Source: a virus
Lineage: Duplodnaviria; Heunggongvirae; Uroviricota; Caudoviricetes
Reading direction: 5' to 3' (one strand)
DNA: 64,000 nucleotides
IMG/VR virus record: IMGVR_UViG_3300032038_000014
Span: 64,001-128,000 of that record
This document shows, piece after piece, positions 51,181 through 60,487 of the stretch. The notes beneath the pieces are model-generated. The model was not told the origin of the DNA. It searched no databases and was given only the letters and a program-made list of their open reading frames with translations. Position 1 is the first letter of the stretch. Each line of letters begins with the position of its first letter. Made by a program: the position numbers and the translations under genes.

Positions 51181-52923
51181 TTAATTTTTAAACATCCAGT
51201 CTTTTGCATTAAATTTCTTTTTCTTCTTTTTCTTTTCTTCTTCTTGATGTATATAATATAAACCATACTCAAACGCAGAGAATTTATCCTTTCGGATACC
51301 CCTATTCGCTTGTTTTAAAATGATATTTACGCCCTCATTTTCTTCTCGTAAATTCATCATTTCCTCTTTTAATATGGAAGTTAAAGTAAATGGTTTTAAA
51401 TATTCTGCCCTTTCTTCAGGCTTCATATTTTGTCCAACTTTAGTTCCAAGTAATTTCTGTTTAGCAATTCTTTCATCTATTAAAAATTTAACTTTACCAG
51501 ATGAAAGAGATGCTCTAGCATTTGCGTGAGCTTCACTATTAATTGGCGCATTCGCTTTAATTAAGTATAATGCGTCTTGCTCGCAAGACGCGGTTCGATA
51601 TTTTTTATACTCTAACTCAGCGCCTTCATAAGTACCACCATAAACTCCAAAGTCTGGATATACTTCATTAGTTTCTGGATTAATTTGCGGTTTGACCATA
51701 TAGTCTACTAGACCAATACCCAAACCGTTCGCATCTATAACCATCCTACGAGCATTATACTTATAGAATAGATTCTTTAATTTTATTGCTTGATCCTCAA
51801 AATGAGTATCATTTATTGTATATATATTTACTACAGACTTAATTGCCGCTCCTTGCGGTTGAGGCGTACATTTAAAAACAATTGCTACAGTATCACAACT
51901 TTTACGACCAACGTCGACTGCGATGATATAATAGCTGGCCTTAGAAGATCGGCCACTGGCCGCATACTCTGGCTGTTTTAATATCCGATTTCTATCAAAT
52001 ATTTCAGAATTAAAAAACGCATCTTCTACAGTTCCAGACCATTTACTTTCATACTCTCTTTCAAATGAAGTCTCATTAAATGTTCCGTCCATTTTCAGAT
52101 CCCTTACAAAGTTCTTATCTAATAAACGAACTAATACAGGTATTCTATATGTTCCTCCCATTACCATTGACTTCTCTGGTTTAACTATTTGCCATACCAG
52201 CAATTGAATTAACTTATCATACGGAAAAGTATTTTTCCATCCCGCAGTAGTAATATAAAGTTGCGACTTATTTAATTGTTCTTCTGGATGAGTAGTACCA
52301 TCCATACACATTCTAGAAACGTTCATTGTAGGAATAATAACTTCTGAAAGAATAGTACCATCAACTCCAGCACACTCCTCGATTACTCCACCATGGCGTC
52401 TCTTACCTCTTGAAGTCTCTCTGGCCGCAATATTATCAAAGTAAGATTCATTTTTGAAAACATACTTACAATAATCTTTACCTTCCAAAGTAACTCCACG
52501 TGACCAATTTATCTCTTTTTTAAAAGCTGGAACTAATGAACAGATTTCTTGCACTTTTTCTTTCATAATTCCTGCAGCTTGTTCTTTACCACCAGATGTT
52601 ACAAACAGTTTACATCTTGGATAAAGAATACATTTAATCATCAATATCATCATCGCAAGAAATGATTTTGAATACGCACGTGGGAAAACCGCATACATAT
52701 ATTGATGTCGCATCGCAGCTCTTAAAAATACTCTTTGATAAAAATAAAATTTAAACTCTTGAGGGTTTCCAAATTCAAGTAGAAAATCTACAAACATATC
52801 TGGATATTCCCTCCAAAAAGAGATATACTGTCTTCCTATTGGAACACATTCCATAACTCTTTCTTCTGACAGTCCAATCTTTTTTCTCTGTTGAGAGAGA
52901 TTTAATAAGTCTTGTAAAGCCAT
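51181..52923 (-). CDS. terL: Terminase large subunit (580 aa)
   Basis: Walker A-like PRAYSKSF, RGKRRH, Walker B-like VIEE, ITTAG, RNase-H nuclease AVDVGR, IDANGLG, KDKFSA. Confidence 0.92.
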   Translation of the reverse strand: MALQDLLNLSQQRKKIGLSEERVMECVPIGRQYISFWREYPDMFVDFLLEFGNPQEFKFYFYQRVFLRAAMRHQYMYAVFPRAYSKSFLAMMILMIKCILYPRCKLFVTSGGKEQAAGIMKEKVQEICSLVPAFKKEINWSRGVTLEGKDYCKYVFKNESYFDNIAARETSRGKRRHGGVIEECAGVDGTILSEVIIPTMNVSRMCMDGTTHPEEQLNKSQLYITTAGWKNTFPYDKLIQLLVWQIVKPEKSMVMGGTYRIPVLVRLLDKNFVRDLKMDGTFNETSFEREYESKWSGTVEDAFFNSEIFDRNRILKQPEYAASGRSSKASYYIIAVDVGRKSCDTVAIVFKCTPQPQGAAIKSVVNIYTINDTHFEDQAIKLKNLFYKYNARRMVIDANGLGIGLVDYMVKPQINPETNEVYPDFGVYGGTYEGAELEYKKYRTASCEQDALYLIKANAPINSEAHANARASLSSGKVKFLIDERIAKQKLLGTKVGQNMKPEERAEYLKPFTLTSILKEEMMNLREENEGVNIILKQANRGIRKDKFSAFEYGLYYIHQEEEKKKKKKKFNAKDWMFKN

Positions 52924-52924
52924 A

Positions 52925-54115
52925 TTATCCCTCCTCTACTAATTGTTCTAGCAACTCCTCATCTGACATTTCTTCTTCTTCTAAGAAATCACTATATTCC
53001 CCAAAATCTTCATCTTTAAGTTGATCAATTTCTTCAAGAGTTAATTCTTCTTCAATATCTTCATCTTCCTCTTTTTGTTCTTCTTCATACATTTTCTTCA
53101 TAGCACCTTCAATAAGGTTTCCAAGATTCATTTCTTCAACGACCAAACTATGAGTATAACCTTTTAAATCCATTAAAGTTTCATCAACTTTATCATTTGG
53201 TCTTTCAGTATAAAATCTAGGAATAAAACCATCTTTTTCACATATAAGAATGAACTCAGAAATTGAGTCAACAAATTCTCCATTTTCTCCTTTATTCTGT
53301 GCCGCAGTAAATTTACCAGACTTCATTAAACTATCATACATTTTAACCATTTTCTGCGCACCATCAACATCTCCTATATCGAGAAGCTGATTAGCTTTTA
53401 ATGAAGTCTTACATACTAACTTAAGAGTATCTTCATGACCTGCACCACGAATATCATATGATTGCATCATTTCCTGATACAATTGTTCCAATTTAACCCA
53501 TTCTTCAGGTTTATATGCCTTACCCCATTTTAATCGTAAATAAGTTTTATCTTCATCGGTTAATTCATCTACAATTGGGTTACTATCATCACCATTAATA
53601 TCATCAAAATAATCCCCACCGATCGGGTCATCCTGGGCCGCAATGACTGGCTCTTTGAACCCTTCTTCTGGAATTATGATTTTATTTTCACTTAAAGTTT
53701 GAGCAATTTCCGCAGCAGAGTAACCTTGTCTTTTCATAGTTTGTTCAGTGCGGTTATCAGCTAATTCTTGTAAAAAAGAAGTATCATTCCACCGATAATC
53801 CTTAAACTGTTTTAAACGCATTTTAGAAAGATATCTCCCTAAAATAGTCATTCCAGTTACTTTAGTAGGATCTTTAGCATAAGATGCTAACAGCTTTTGC
53901 CATTCATCTGGAATATAAGGCACATCACATTCTTGAAGAATCCAAAGAAAAGTATCGGGGTTCCAATTGTCAACATGTAGAGTGATACACTTCTTACATT
54001 GTTTCAATTTACCATCTGGATACTTTTCAGTATTATTACTATTATAAAATTCATCGGCCCGCATGGTACGATGGCATTTTTCGCAAAAGAATGTTTGATT
54101 CTTATCTACTGCCAT
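52925..54115 (-). CDS. Putative terminase small subunit (396 aa)
   Basis: N-terminal Zn-finger CxxC...CxxC, YLRLKWG...W..LEQLY, KFTAAQNK; directly upstream of terL. Confidence 0.6.
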   Translation of the reverse strand: MAVDKNQTFFCEKCHRTMRADEFYNSNNTEKYPDGKLKQCKKCITLHVDNWNPDTFLWILQECDVPYIPDEWQKLLASYAKDPTKVTGMTILGRYLSKMRLKQFKDYRWNDTSFLQELADNRTEQTMKRQGYSAAEIAQTLSENKIIIPEEGFKEPVIAAQDDPIGGDYFDDINGDDSNPIVDELTDEDKTYLRLKWGKAYKPEEWVKLEQLYQEMMQSYDIRGAGHEDTLKLVCKTSLKANQLLDIGDVDGAQKMVKMYDSLMKSGKFTAAQNKGENGEFVDSISEFILICEKDGFIPRFYTERPNDKVDETLMDLKGYTHSLVVEEMNLGNLIEGAMKKMYEEEQKEEDEDIEEELTLEEIDQLKDEDFGEYSDFLEEEEMSDEELLEQLVEEG

Positions 54116-54167
54116 AATAAACTCCTTTCTTTCCTTTCTACCAAAAATAAAAACCTATAGTACTCAC

Positions 54168-55229
54168 TTATTTACTTTTGGCCTTAGAATTTCGGCAAGC
54201 TTTACAAATGGAATAAAAACCATCTCTACTTGTCTTATTTTTAGAAAAGTATTTATTATGAGCTAACTTAACCTGCCCGCATCGCGAACACTTTTTATAT
54301 TTACCTTTTTCTATATTTAAAAAATACCAATCTAAAGTTTCATCTTCTGCAACAGAAGCAATCAATTTAGGAATTTTATTCCTCCATAAGGAACTAATAT
54401 ACTCTAAACTATGAGTTAACCCAAACTTCGCCTGCAATAACTCTTGAATCTGAATATTCTGCAAACCATCAATTTTTGCAATAACAATTTCCTCATAAAC
54501 TGGATAATCTTTAAGAGCTTTCTCACTAATTCTATCAAAATCATGCATTAAATACCAAGTATCATCTTCAAAATTACCCCAAGCAGCTTCTTTTAGTTTA
54601 GAATAATTACAAAGAATAGCACTACAAACTTTAGGACTACATAAAGAAACTCCTTCTGGAATTATATATCCATCTTCACTAAAACTAAAGCTATCCGGTA
54701 AAAAAGTAGTATGACGACTATGAGTTAAATTACTAAGTCTAATTGGTTTGCGATAAGCCTCCTTAATAATATATTGACTTTTCCGCAAATCTATAATCGC
54801 CTTTTTAATAATATACTTATCTTTCCCTTCAGCTTTCTTCAACTGTTCTTCCCATAATTGAATAGCTTCCCGCACTTGCTTTAAATAAGGTATTTCTTCT
54901 AAATCTTTTTTTGTAATTGTAACTTTTGGTTGAAATATTTGTGTCTTTGATTCATTAATTAAATTATAAATTCCATCTTCACCATTCTCAAATTGAGAAA
55001 CCAATCCTTCATATGACGTTTCTCTTTTATTAACCGTAGTCATACGGTTTTCAGTAAGGATTTTTTTCTCCTTCCTTTCTTGTTTCTCCATACATAAGAT
55101 TAGGTAGTCAGCCAGAATCTCCAAATATTGGGGATTTGGATCTGGATTCTCTTCCAAGATCCGTTTGACCAACTCATTTCTCTCTTGTGGAGATTCTATG
55201 GTATAATCTAACTTTATTATCCTAACCAC
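54168..55229 (-). CDS. Hypothetical DNA-binding protein with HTH-like region and C-terminal Zn finger (~350 aa)
   Basis: LQNIQIQELLQAKFG..HSLEYISSLW (HTH-like); KCSRCG...SICKAC. Start uncertain (GTG 55229 or ATA 55220). Confidence 0.55.
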   Translation of the reverse strand: MVRIIKLDYTIESPQERNELVKRILEENPDPNPQYLEILADYLILCMEKQERKEKKILTENRMTTVNKRETSYEGLVSQFENGEDGIYNLINESKTQIFQPKVTITKKDLEEIPYLKQVREAIQLWEEQLKKAEGKDKYIIKKAIIDLRKSQYIIKEAYRKPIRLSNLTHSRHTTFLPDSFSFSEDGYIIPEGVSLCSPKVCSAILCNYSKLKEAAWGNFEDDTWYLMHDFDRISEKALKDYPVYEEIVIAKIDGLQNIQIQELLQAKFGLTHSLEYISSLWRNKIPKLIASVAEDETLDWYFLNIEKGKYKKCSRCGQVKLAHNKYFSKNKTSRDGFYSICKACRNSKAKSK

Positions 55230-55244
55230 CTCCAGTCTCGATTA

Positions 55245-55274
55245 TATTTTACAAAAAATTTCCATACAAGTCAA
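55245..55274 (-). promoter_or_regulatory. sigmaA promoter for the packaging/head operon
   Basis: TTGACT-17 bp-TAAAAT with extended TG. Confidence 0.75.
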
Positions 55275-55280
55275 TTTTAA

Positions 55281-55309
55281 TTGAAAAGTCCAAAAATTTT
55301 TGTTATAAT
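55281..55309 (+). promoter_or_regulatory. Divergent sigmaA promoter
   Basis: TTGAAA-17 bp-TATAAT with TG, back-to-back with the minus-strand promoter. Confidence 0.75.
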
Positions 55310-55363
55310 ATATATAAGAAATGATAAAAAATATTTTTTAAGATTTTATAAAGGAGAATTATA

Positions 55364-55600
55364 ATGACAAATCCTTTTCTATCAATAGCAGTTGTTCTAT
55401 GGGGGCTTATGGCTTTACTACTCCTCCAACAGTGGATCAAACCACTGAAATCAGTTCCAGTAGGAGTAGCATTTTTCGTCTTTCTCCTAATAGTAATAAC
55501 TGCACCTTGCCTTGTAGTAAGTGAAATAGTAATGGGGTTTTTGGATCTTGTTTTTCCAGAAGGATGGCAAGAGAATGATAGCCAAACCCCTAGATTCTAG
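55364..55600 (+). CDS. Small membrane protein (78 aa)
   Basis: RBS AAGGAG; two hydrophobic segments. Confidence 0.65.
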   Translation: MTNPFLSIAVVLWGLMALLLLQQWIKPLKSVPVGVAFFVFLLIVITAPCLVVSEIVMGFLDLVFPEGWQENDSQTPRF

Positions 55601-55618
55601 TAGGAGGCTAGCCCGCAT

Positions 55619-55945
55619 ATGAAACGAATACACAAATACCTTCTTGAAGAAGGTGAAGTTTGGATAGAAGATCCAATAGAGAAGTGGTTAACTGCCCAGG
55701 TTCAAGGTGATAAAGTAGCAGTCTGGGCGCAAATCGACACCCTTGAAGAGCCACACGAATACTATCTCTACACTCTTGGAACAGGCTGGTCTTGTAAAAG
55801 AATTCCAGGAGAGTATGTAGGTACAGTCCAGGAGCCTGAATCGCAACTTGTATGGCATGTGTTTGCGGCCAGGGTCCATAGATCGGAAAACGTAGATATA
55901 GGATGGGCAGGAGGCGAGACAGGAGAAGCGTTTTATGTTAATTGA
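55619..55945 (+). CDS. Hypothetical phage protein (108 aa)
   Basis: RBS AGGAGG; IHKY.L...QVQG..V.VWA.ID...GTG...Y.GTVQ...LVWHVF pattern common in phages. Confidence 0.65.
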   Translation: MKRIHKYLLEEGEVWIEDPIEKWLTAQVQGDKVAVWAQIDTLEEPHEYYLYTLGTGWSCKRIPGEYVGTVQEPESQLVWHVFAARVHRSENVDIGWAGGETGEAFYVN

Positions 55946-56279
55946 TGTAAAGTATGCAGTTAATGACATAGTAAGATTCAAATTTGGTAGGGCGGTTAAG
56001 ACGACTTGCACATGCGACTTTTGTGCTTCTTCTGGAATGATTCGAGGTCTAGATGGAACTGAGGAAGAATGTCCTCGTTGTGATGGTCGTGGCTATATGG
56101 AGTTTAGCAACTATCAGGTAACCGAGGAAGAAAATACAATTAGAAAAATCGGCGTAAAGTGGAATCGTCAATCAAAACCTTCTGTTTATTATATCATGAG
56201 CGATTGGGTGTGGAGTCAAACTGAAATTCCACAGGAAGATATTGTTAAGAAGATAGGTGAAGTATCATTTAGTAAATAG
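55935..56279 (+). CDS. Hypothetical protein with CxxC...CxxC Zn ribbon (114 aa)
   Basis: RBS AGGAG; CDFC...CPRCDG. Confidence 0.6.
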   Translation: MLIDVKYAVNDIVRFKFGRAVKTTCTCDFCASSGMIRGLDGTEEECPRCDGRGYMEFSNYQVTEEENTIRKIGVKWNRQSKPSVYYIMSDWVWSQTEIPQEDIVKKIGEVSFSK

Positions 56280-57140
56280 TCGTTATCCGAAATCTAAAAA
56301 GGGTTTTAGAAGAGTTGTGCCCAGAGCAAAACGTTTTAGCCTTTCAAAAAAATTTTTTTCCCGAAATACACCCCCCTCAAGGATTTTGTATTTCGTTTTA
56401 TCTGAGCACAGCGTATAAAAGGTATTGCCGAGGTCTGAGCGAGCGGGGCAGGCAGGCAGATACACACCCTCCCACAACAGCCCGCACATAGAGACACACA
56501 GACACACAAAGAATAAATAAAATAAAATTATTTTATTATAATGAATAGTATGTCTTGTACTATACATGTAATCTAATCCTAAACCTTTCATTAATACATC
56601 GTTCGTACGCGCGCTGGCGACCCTAGCGCGCGTTGTTTTGCCTTGGGGTATCCGTCAGCATTTTTATTGGACAACTGTGGCTAATACAGTGATACACTCT
56701 ATCGCCCTAAAGTCTATGTGCTACTGCGTTTGTTAATGTAGAGATAGTGTGTATCTCCCTATTAGTACAGTAGCGAACATGTGTGCGTACAAATGCAGTA
56801 GGGTAGATAACCTCTTCATCAAGCAGCAGAAAAGAACAGATGTACGATCCCTAGGAGAATAGTGTAAAGGTAGTCAAGAGGTACGTAGAGACACAAGGAG
56901 GGGCAGGCACCCAAGCCCCAAGGCTGGCCGGCCAGCCAAGGCGAAGCAGAGACAGAGAGAAGAAGAAACAGTGAAAGATAAAGAGAACAATAACAACAAC
57001 ACAATGATACACACACATCACACACTAACAATGATGTATGTATACTATGTAGGTAGGGGGTGCCTGCCCCTCCCCTCCTCCCCCTACCCCTAGGGGGTAT
57101 GGGTATAGTACTATGTACTAATAGCAGTACATAGAAGAAG
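56280..57140. other. Long non-coding, palindrome-rich region (candidate genome end/pac or origin)
   Basis: No convincing ORF with RBS. Several inverted repeats, G/C tracts and AC/ATGT microrepeats. Lies between the late and early modules. Confidence 0.4.
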
Positions 57141-57213
57141 GGGGTTGACACGGTAGGTGTATGTATGTATAATAGTAGTGTAAGTAGAAGGGTGTAACAG
57201 AGAGGTAGTAACA

Positions 57214-57420
57214 ATGGCTAAGAAAACAAAGGTACAGAAAGAGGGAGAGAAGTGGCTCAAGCAGAGTATGACAAAGAAGGCGTTGAAGGAACACTACAAG
57301 AAGGATAGAAACAGAGCCTTATTTGATACAAGCACTAAGACCTTCAAGAGTCCAAAGGACTATGACAGAAAGGCAGAAAAGAGGAAGGCAAGAGAAGTCA
57401 AGCGTGGAGTAGAGGAGTAG
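57214..57420 (+). CDS. Small very basic protein (68 aa), possibly ArfA/BrfA-like
   Basis: Own promoter and RBS GAGAGG; K/R-rich with FDTSTKTFKSPKDYDRK. Confidence 0.6.
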   Translation: MAKKTKVQKEGEKWLKQSMTKKALKEHYKKDRNRALFDTSTKTFKSPKDYDRKAEKRKAREVKRGVEE

Positions 57421-57487
57421 GGCTTGACAGAGAACAAGCCTTGTGCTATACTAACAGTAGCAAAGAAAGAAAGAGAGGGCAAAGACT

Positions 57488-57697
57488 ATGGCAAAGATAA
57501 CAACAGTAAGAGACTTAATCGCACAGCTTGAAGCTATTGAGAATAAAGACCTTGATGTAGTAGTGGATAGTGAGTATGGAGTAATTACAGACATCGAAGC
57601 TATCGAGGGAGCACACAGGTACTATGGCAAGAGTGAAGAGGGCAAAGGCTGGACAGCTTGCAACAGAGAGTGTGTTGTGTTGATAGGTTGGGAGTAA
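57488..57697 (+). CDS. Small early protein (69 aa)
   Basis: Promoter 57424, RBS GAGAGGG, terminator 57699-57719. Confidence 0.75.
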   Translation: MAKITTVRDLIAQLEAIENKDLDVVVDSEYGVITDIEAIEGAHRYYGKSEEGKGWTACNRECVVLIGWE

Positions 57698-57698
57698 G

Positions 57699-57719
57699 AT
57701 AAGCCGAAAGGCTTATTTT
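57699..57719 (+). terminator. Terminator, identical copy at 58569-58589
   Basis: ATAAGCC-GAAA-GGCTTAT-TTT. Confidence 0.8.
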
Positions 57720-57974
57720 ATCTTGTTCTATTCCAGAAGAGAAACAGAAGAAGAAAAGCCTTGACTTGCGGGCTTGCCTCTTCATGACTACTAGTAAGCA
57801 AGTCTACAAGATACACCGGAGCACTAGCCCGCAGACAACTCCGTAGATCGAGGGAAGATCGTTTGTTAAAAAAATGACAAAGTCTTTGTGATTGTTTGCA
57901 TTAACATTTATTTAGAAACCTTGACCCATTCCCGAAAGTGGGGTATACTAAGGACAGAAAGAGAGGTAAGAACA

Positions 57975-58154
57975 ATGAGAAAACATTACAAATGGAATCC
58001 ACTAATTCTGCTGAAGAATTTGTTAATCCTTGCAATGATACTGTTAGGAGTGTGGCTCGTAGTAAGTTATGGAGAGATACTTGTAAAGAACACAAGCATT
58101 GATGTAAGACCTATTTACTCCTCTTGGAACTTCTTCACAATGTGGATGGATTAA
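57975..58154 (+). CDS. Small membrane protein (59 aa)
   Basis: Promoter 57921, RBS GAGAGG, ATG 57975, one hydrophobic helix, terminator TGCGGAGA/TCTCCGTA. Confidence 0.7.
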   Translation: MRKHYKWNPLILLKNLLILAMILLGVWLVVSYGEILVKNTSIDVRPIYSSWNFFTMWMD

Positions 58155-58230
58155 AAAATGCGGAGAAAAAATCTCCGTATTTTTTTGTAAAAGGGGTTGA
58201 CACTATAGCTAAAAGGTGCTATACTTACAT

Positions 58231-58372
58231 CATCAGGAGAGGGGAGAGACAGAACACTCCTAGACGAAGATACTACTTAGTGGCGCGAGCCTATGTAGAA
58301 TACAAACCCCGATTCTCACTCACATCAAAAGTTCTGTCCAGGGTCGAGAGTAAGTCGACCATTTTTTTTAGA
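58231..58372 (+). ncRNA. Candidate structured small RNA (~140 nt)
   Basis: Promoter 58197 and terminator GGTCGA/TCGACC-TTTTTTT with no translatable ORF between. Long-range stem GACAGAAC/GTTCTGTC; GGC-GCGA-GCC tetraloop. Confidence 0.5.
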
Positions 58373-58440
58373 AAAACCCTTGACAGCATCCCGAAACCGG
58401 AGTATAATGTAATCACAAAGGAAAGAAAGGAGATCGAAAA

Positions 58441-58572
58441 ATGGATAAAGCAGAAAGACTTGCACAGATTATGTTTGAAGAAGACACACTTCGTGTAGAA
58501 GAAGGAAAAGAACCTATTTACTTCACTCAAGAAGATTATGAAGCAGAGAAAAAAGAAAGAGAAAATAAATAA
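58441..58572 (+). CDS. Small acidic early protein (43 aa; not in ORF track)
   Basis: MDKAERLAQIMFEEDTLRVEEGKEPIYFTQEDYEAEKKERENK; promoter 58380, RBS AAGGAG, terminator. Confidence 0.75.
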   Translation: MDKAERLAQIMFEEDTLRVEEGKEPIYFTQEDYEAEKKERENK

Positions 58573-58657
58573 GCCGAAAGGCTTATTTTTTTTATAAAAG
58601 GGGTTGACACAGAGCCCGGCAGATGCTATACTTAAACCATCAAAGGAGGACAGAAAA

Positions 58658-58810
58658 ATGACTAAGATGGAAATGGTTAATAGAATGATTATTCTCGGCT
58701 GCATTAAAGAGGAAGACCGCAATCACTGGCTCAGACATACAAAGGATTACATCACAAAGGTGTACATCGAGATAATTCCAAAGAGACTTGAGTACTTGGG
58801 CAGAGCCTAA
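58658..58810 (+). CDS. Small early protein (50 aa)
   Basis: Promoter 58604, RBS AAGGAGG, ATG 58658. A 14-bp hairpin at 58787-58819 spans the stop. Confidence 0.75.
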   Translation: MTKMEMVNRMIILGCIKEEDRNHWLRHTKDYITKVYIEIIPKRLEYLGRA

Positions 58811-58900
58811 GTACTCAAGACCGGAGTAAAAAAGGTATTGACACACAGGATCGAAGATGTTATAATTAAATCATCCAAGAGAGAAAGAGAGGAACACAAA

Positions 58901-59350
58901 ATGAAAAAGATTGACATTACACCGTTCAGCAATGCAGATACCAACAACAACGGAAAGAATAGAGAGTTTGCAGTTTGCAGATACTTCGGGATCGAAAGAT
59001 ACACTCATGACCGCACAGCTTACAACAAGGGAAGTGATGTAGAGATAGACGGAAGAAACATCAGCGTTAAATCAGCGGGTTTCACTCTAATGCACGGTAA
59101 CCTCTGTAAAGGCTGTAAAACCTTTGAAGGAATTTGGAGAAGATACTACAGAGAAGTTCATTCAGATGAATGGCTCTATGTAACAAAAGATTGGCAAGGG
59201 TTCTTGATGAATAAAAAAGAGTTCTCGCAGTTTGTCCACAAGTTCTGCACAATCGACAGAGAAAGCACTAAAAATGGTGGACACATTAAAATTAAAAACA
59301 GTTCAGAGACAAAAGCAATGAGAAAATGGCTTGAAGAAAAATGTGCGTAA
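58901..59350 (+). CDS. Early protein, possible PD-(D/E)XK-like nuclease (149 aa)
   Basis: Promoter 58838, RBS GAGAGG, ATG 58901; REFAV...GSDV...ISVKSA pattern; terminator ATGTGCG/CGCACAT. Confidence 0.55.
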   Translation: MKKIDITPFSNADTNNNGKNREFAVCRYFGIERYTHDRTAYNKGSDVEIDGRNISVKSAGFTLMHGNLCKGCKTFEGIWRRYYREVHSDEWLYVTKDWQGFLMNKKEFSQFVHKFCTIDRESTKNGGHIKIKNSSETKAMRKWLEEKCA

Positions 59351-59443
59351 ATCGCACATTTTTTTTAAAAAGTTGTTGACATGCAGACCGGACTGTGTTA
59401 TTATAATTACAGAAAGAAACAGAGAGCAGAAAGGAGCCTCAAA

Positions 59444-59623
59444 ATGAAGACTTACGAAATCAAGAAAATCCGCAAGAACTGGGCAGTATACAGAGATGGT
59501 GAGTTCCTCACTTGGTTCTCAACCAAAAGAGTAGCGAAGAACTACATCGAAATTCGCAAACTCGAAGACGCCGGAGAGAAGTTCAACCCTCTCCATCCGA
59601 GATGGGCAGAGCTGATGCACTAA
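59444..59623 (+). CDS. Small basic early protein (59 aa)
   Basis: Promoter 59376, RBS AAGGAG, terminator AGCTGATGC/GCATCAGCT-TTTTT. Confidence 0.7.
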   Translation: MKTYEIKKIRKNWAVYRDGEFLTWFSTKRVAKNYIEIRKLEDAGEKFNPLHPRWAELMH

Positions 59624-59867
59624 AGCATCAGCTTTTTTAATTCTCAAATCCAAAAGGGAAATCCAATCCCGAAAGTTCAAAAGCGGAAAAAATTGCGCGC
59701 CGGCCGCTGTTGGGTGCAGCGACCGGAGTTTGGCGTGGATTGGGTGGTTCAGATTTTTTGTGCGGATCGGCTGTGGAAAAATTTTTTTAGTTTTTTTCAT
59801 TAAAGGGGTTGACAGGCCGGGTGCCTTGGCGTTATAATTAGGTATACCAAGAAAGGGGAACAGAAAA

Positions 59868-60056
59868 ATGATGTACGTAGAGAGAACACAGTATGAGCAG
59901 GACGTTATCGCAATGGCTTACAACTTCGAGCTTAAGGCTATCGAAGAGTGCGATGCTACTCGCAACCCATGGTTCGATGAAATCATGGCTTGGGAAGATG
60001 GCAAGACAATTTGGTCAGCCATCGACGAGGCTGTAGAAATGCACTACAGCCTCTAA
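59868..60056 (+). CDS. Small acidic early protein (62 aa)
   Basis: Promoter 59809; RBS AAGGGG. Confidence 0.75.
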   Translation: MMYVERTQYEQDVIAMAYNFELKAIEECDATRNPWFDEIMAWEDGKTIWSAIDEAVEMHYSL

Positions 60057-60126
60057 AAAAAACTTGACAACAAGCCATTCATCGTGTATAATACAGACAT
60101 CAAGAAAAGAAAGAGAGGATTAAAAA

Positions 60127-60321
60127 ATGATGAACGCAAAGAGAGAAGCACTGCTTGACAGAATAATCAGAATCTACGGCTTTGAGCACGAGGTCACACT
60201 CGACTTCGCAAGGCTCTGCGAGGAGTGGGTAGACGACATCGCCCACGACAGAATCCTCGAGATGCTGGTCGAAAGCCACGAAGAGTTTCCGCAGTACGGA
60301 GAGGAAGAGGACGAAATCTAA
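60127..60321 (+). CDS. Small acidic early protein (64 aa)
   Basis: Promoter 60064, RBS GAGAGG, terminator AGGACGA/TCGTCCT-TTTTT. Confidence 0.75.
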   Translation: MMNAKREALLDRIIRIYGFEHEVTLDFARLCEEWVDDIAHDRILEMLVESHEEFPQYGEEEDEI

Positions 60322-60487
60322 TCGTCCTTTTTTCTTGCGCCGCGCGCCAACGGTCCTGGCGCGCGGTGTTTGGCTTGTGTACAGGCTACGGAAAAAATTT
60401 TTTCAAAAATTTCGATTTTGGGGGTTGACTTCACCTCCCGGAAGTGCTATTATAATACCAGAGAGAAACAGTTAGGAGGTAACTACA

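Noticed and set aside
56283-57214. ORFs 56283-56591 and 56819-57214 (minus strand)
   Set aside because: Low-complexity L/C/S-rich translations of a purine-skewed strand, no RBS; treated as non-coding.
57768-57800. Extra promoter TTGACT at ~57770
   Set aside because: No acceptable -10 at 16-18 bp spacing and no downstream ORF.
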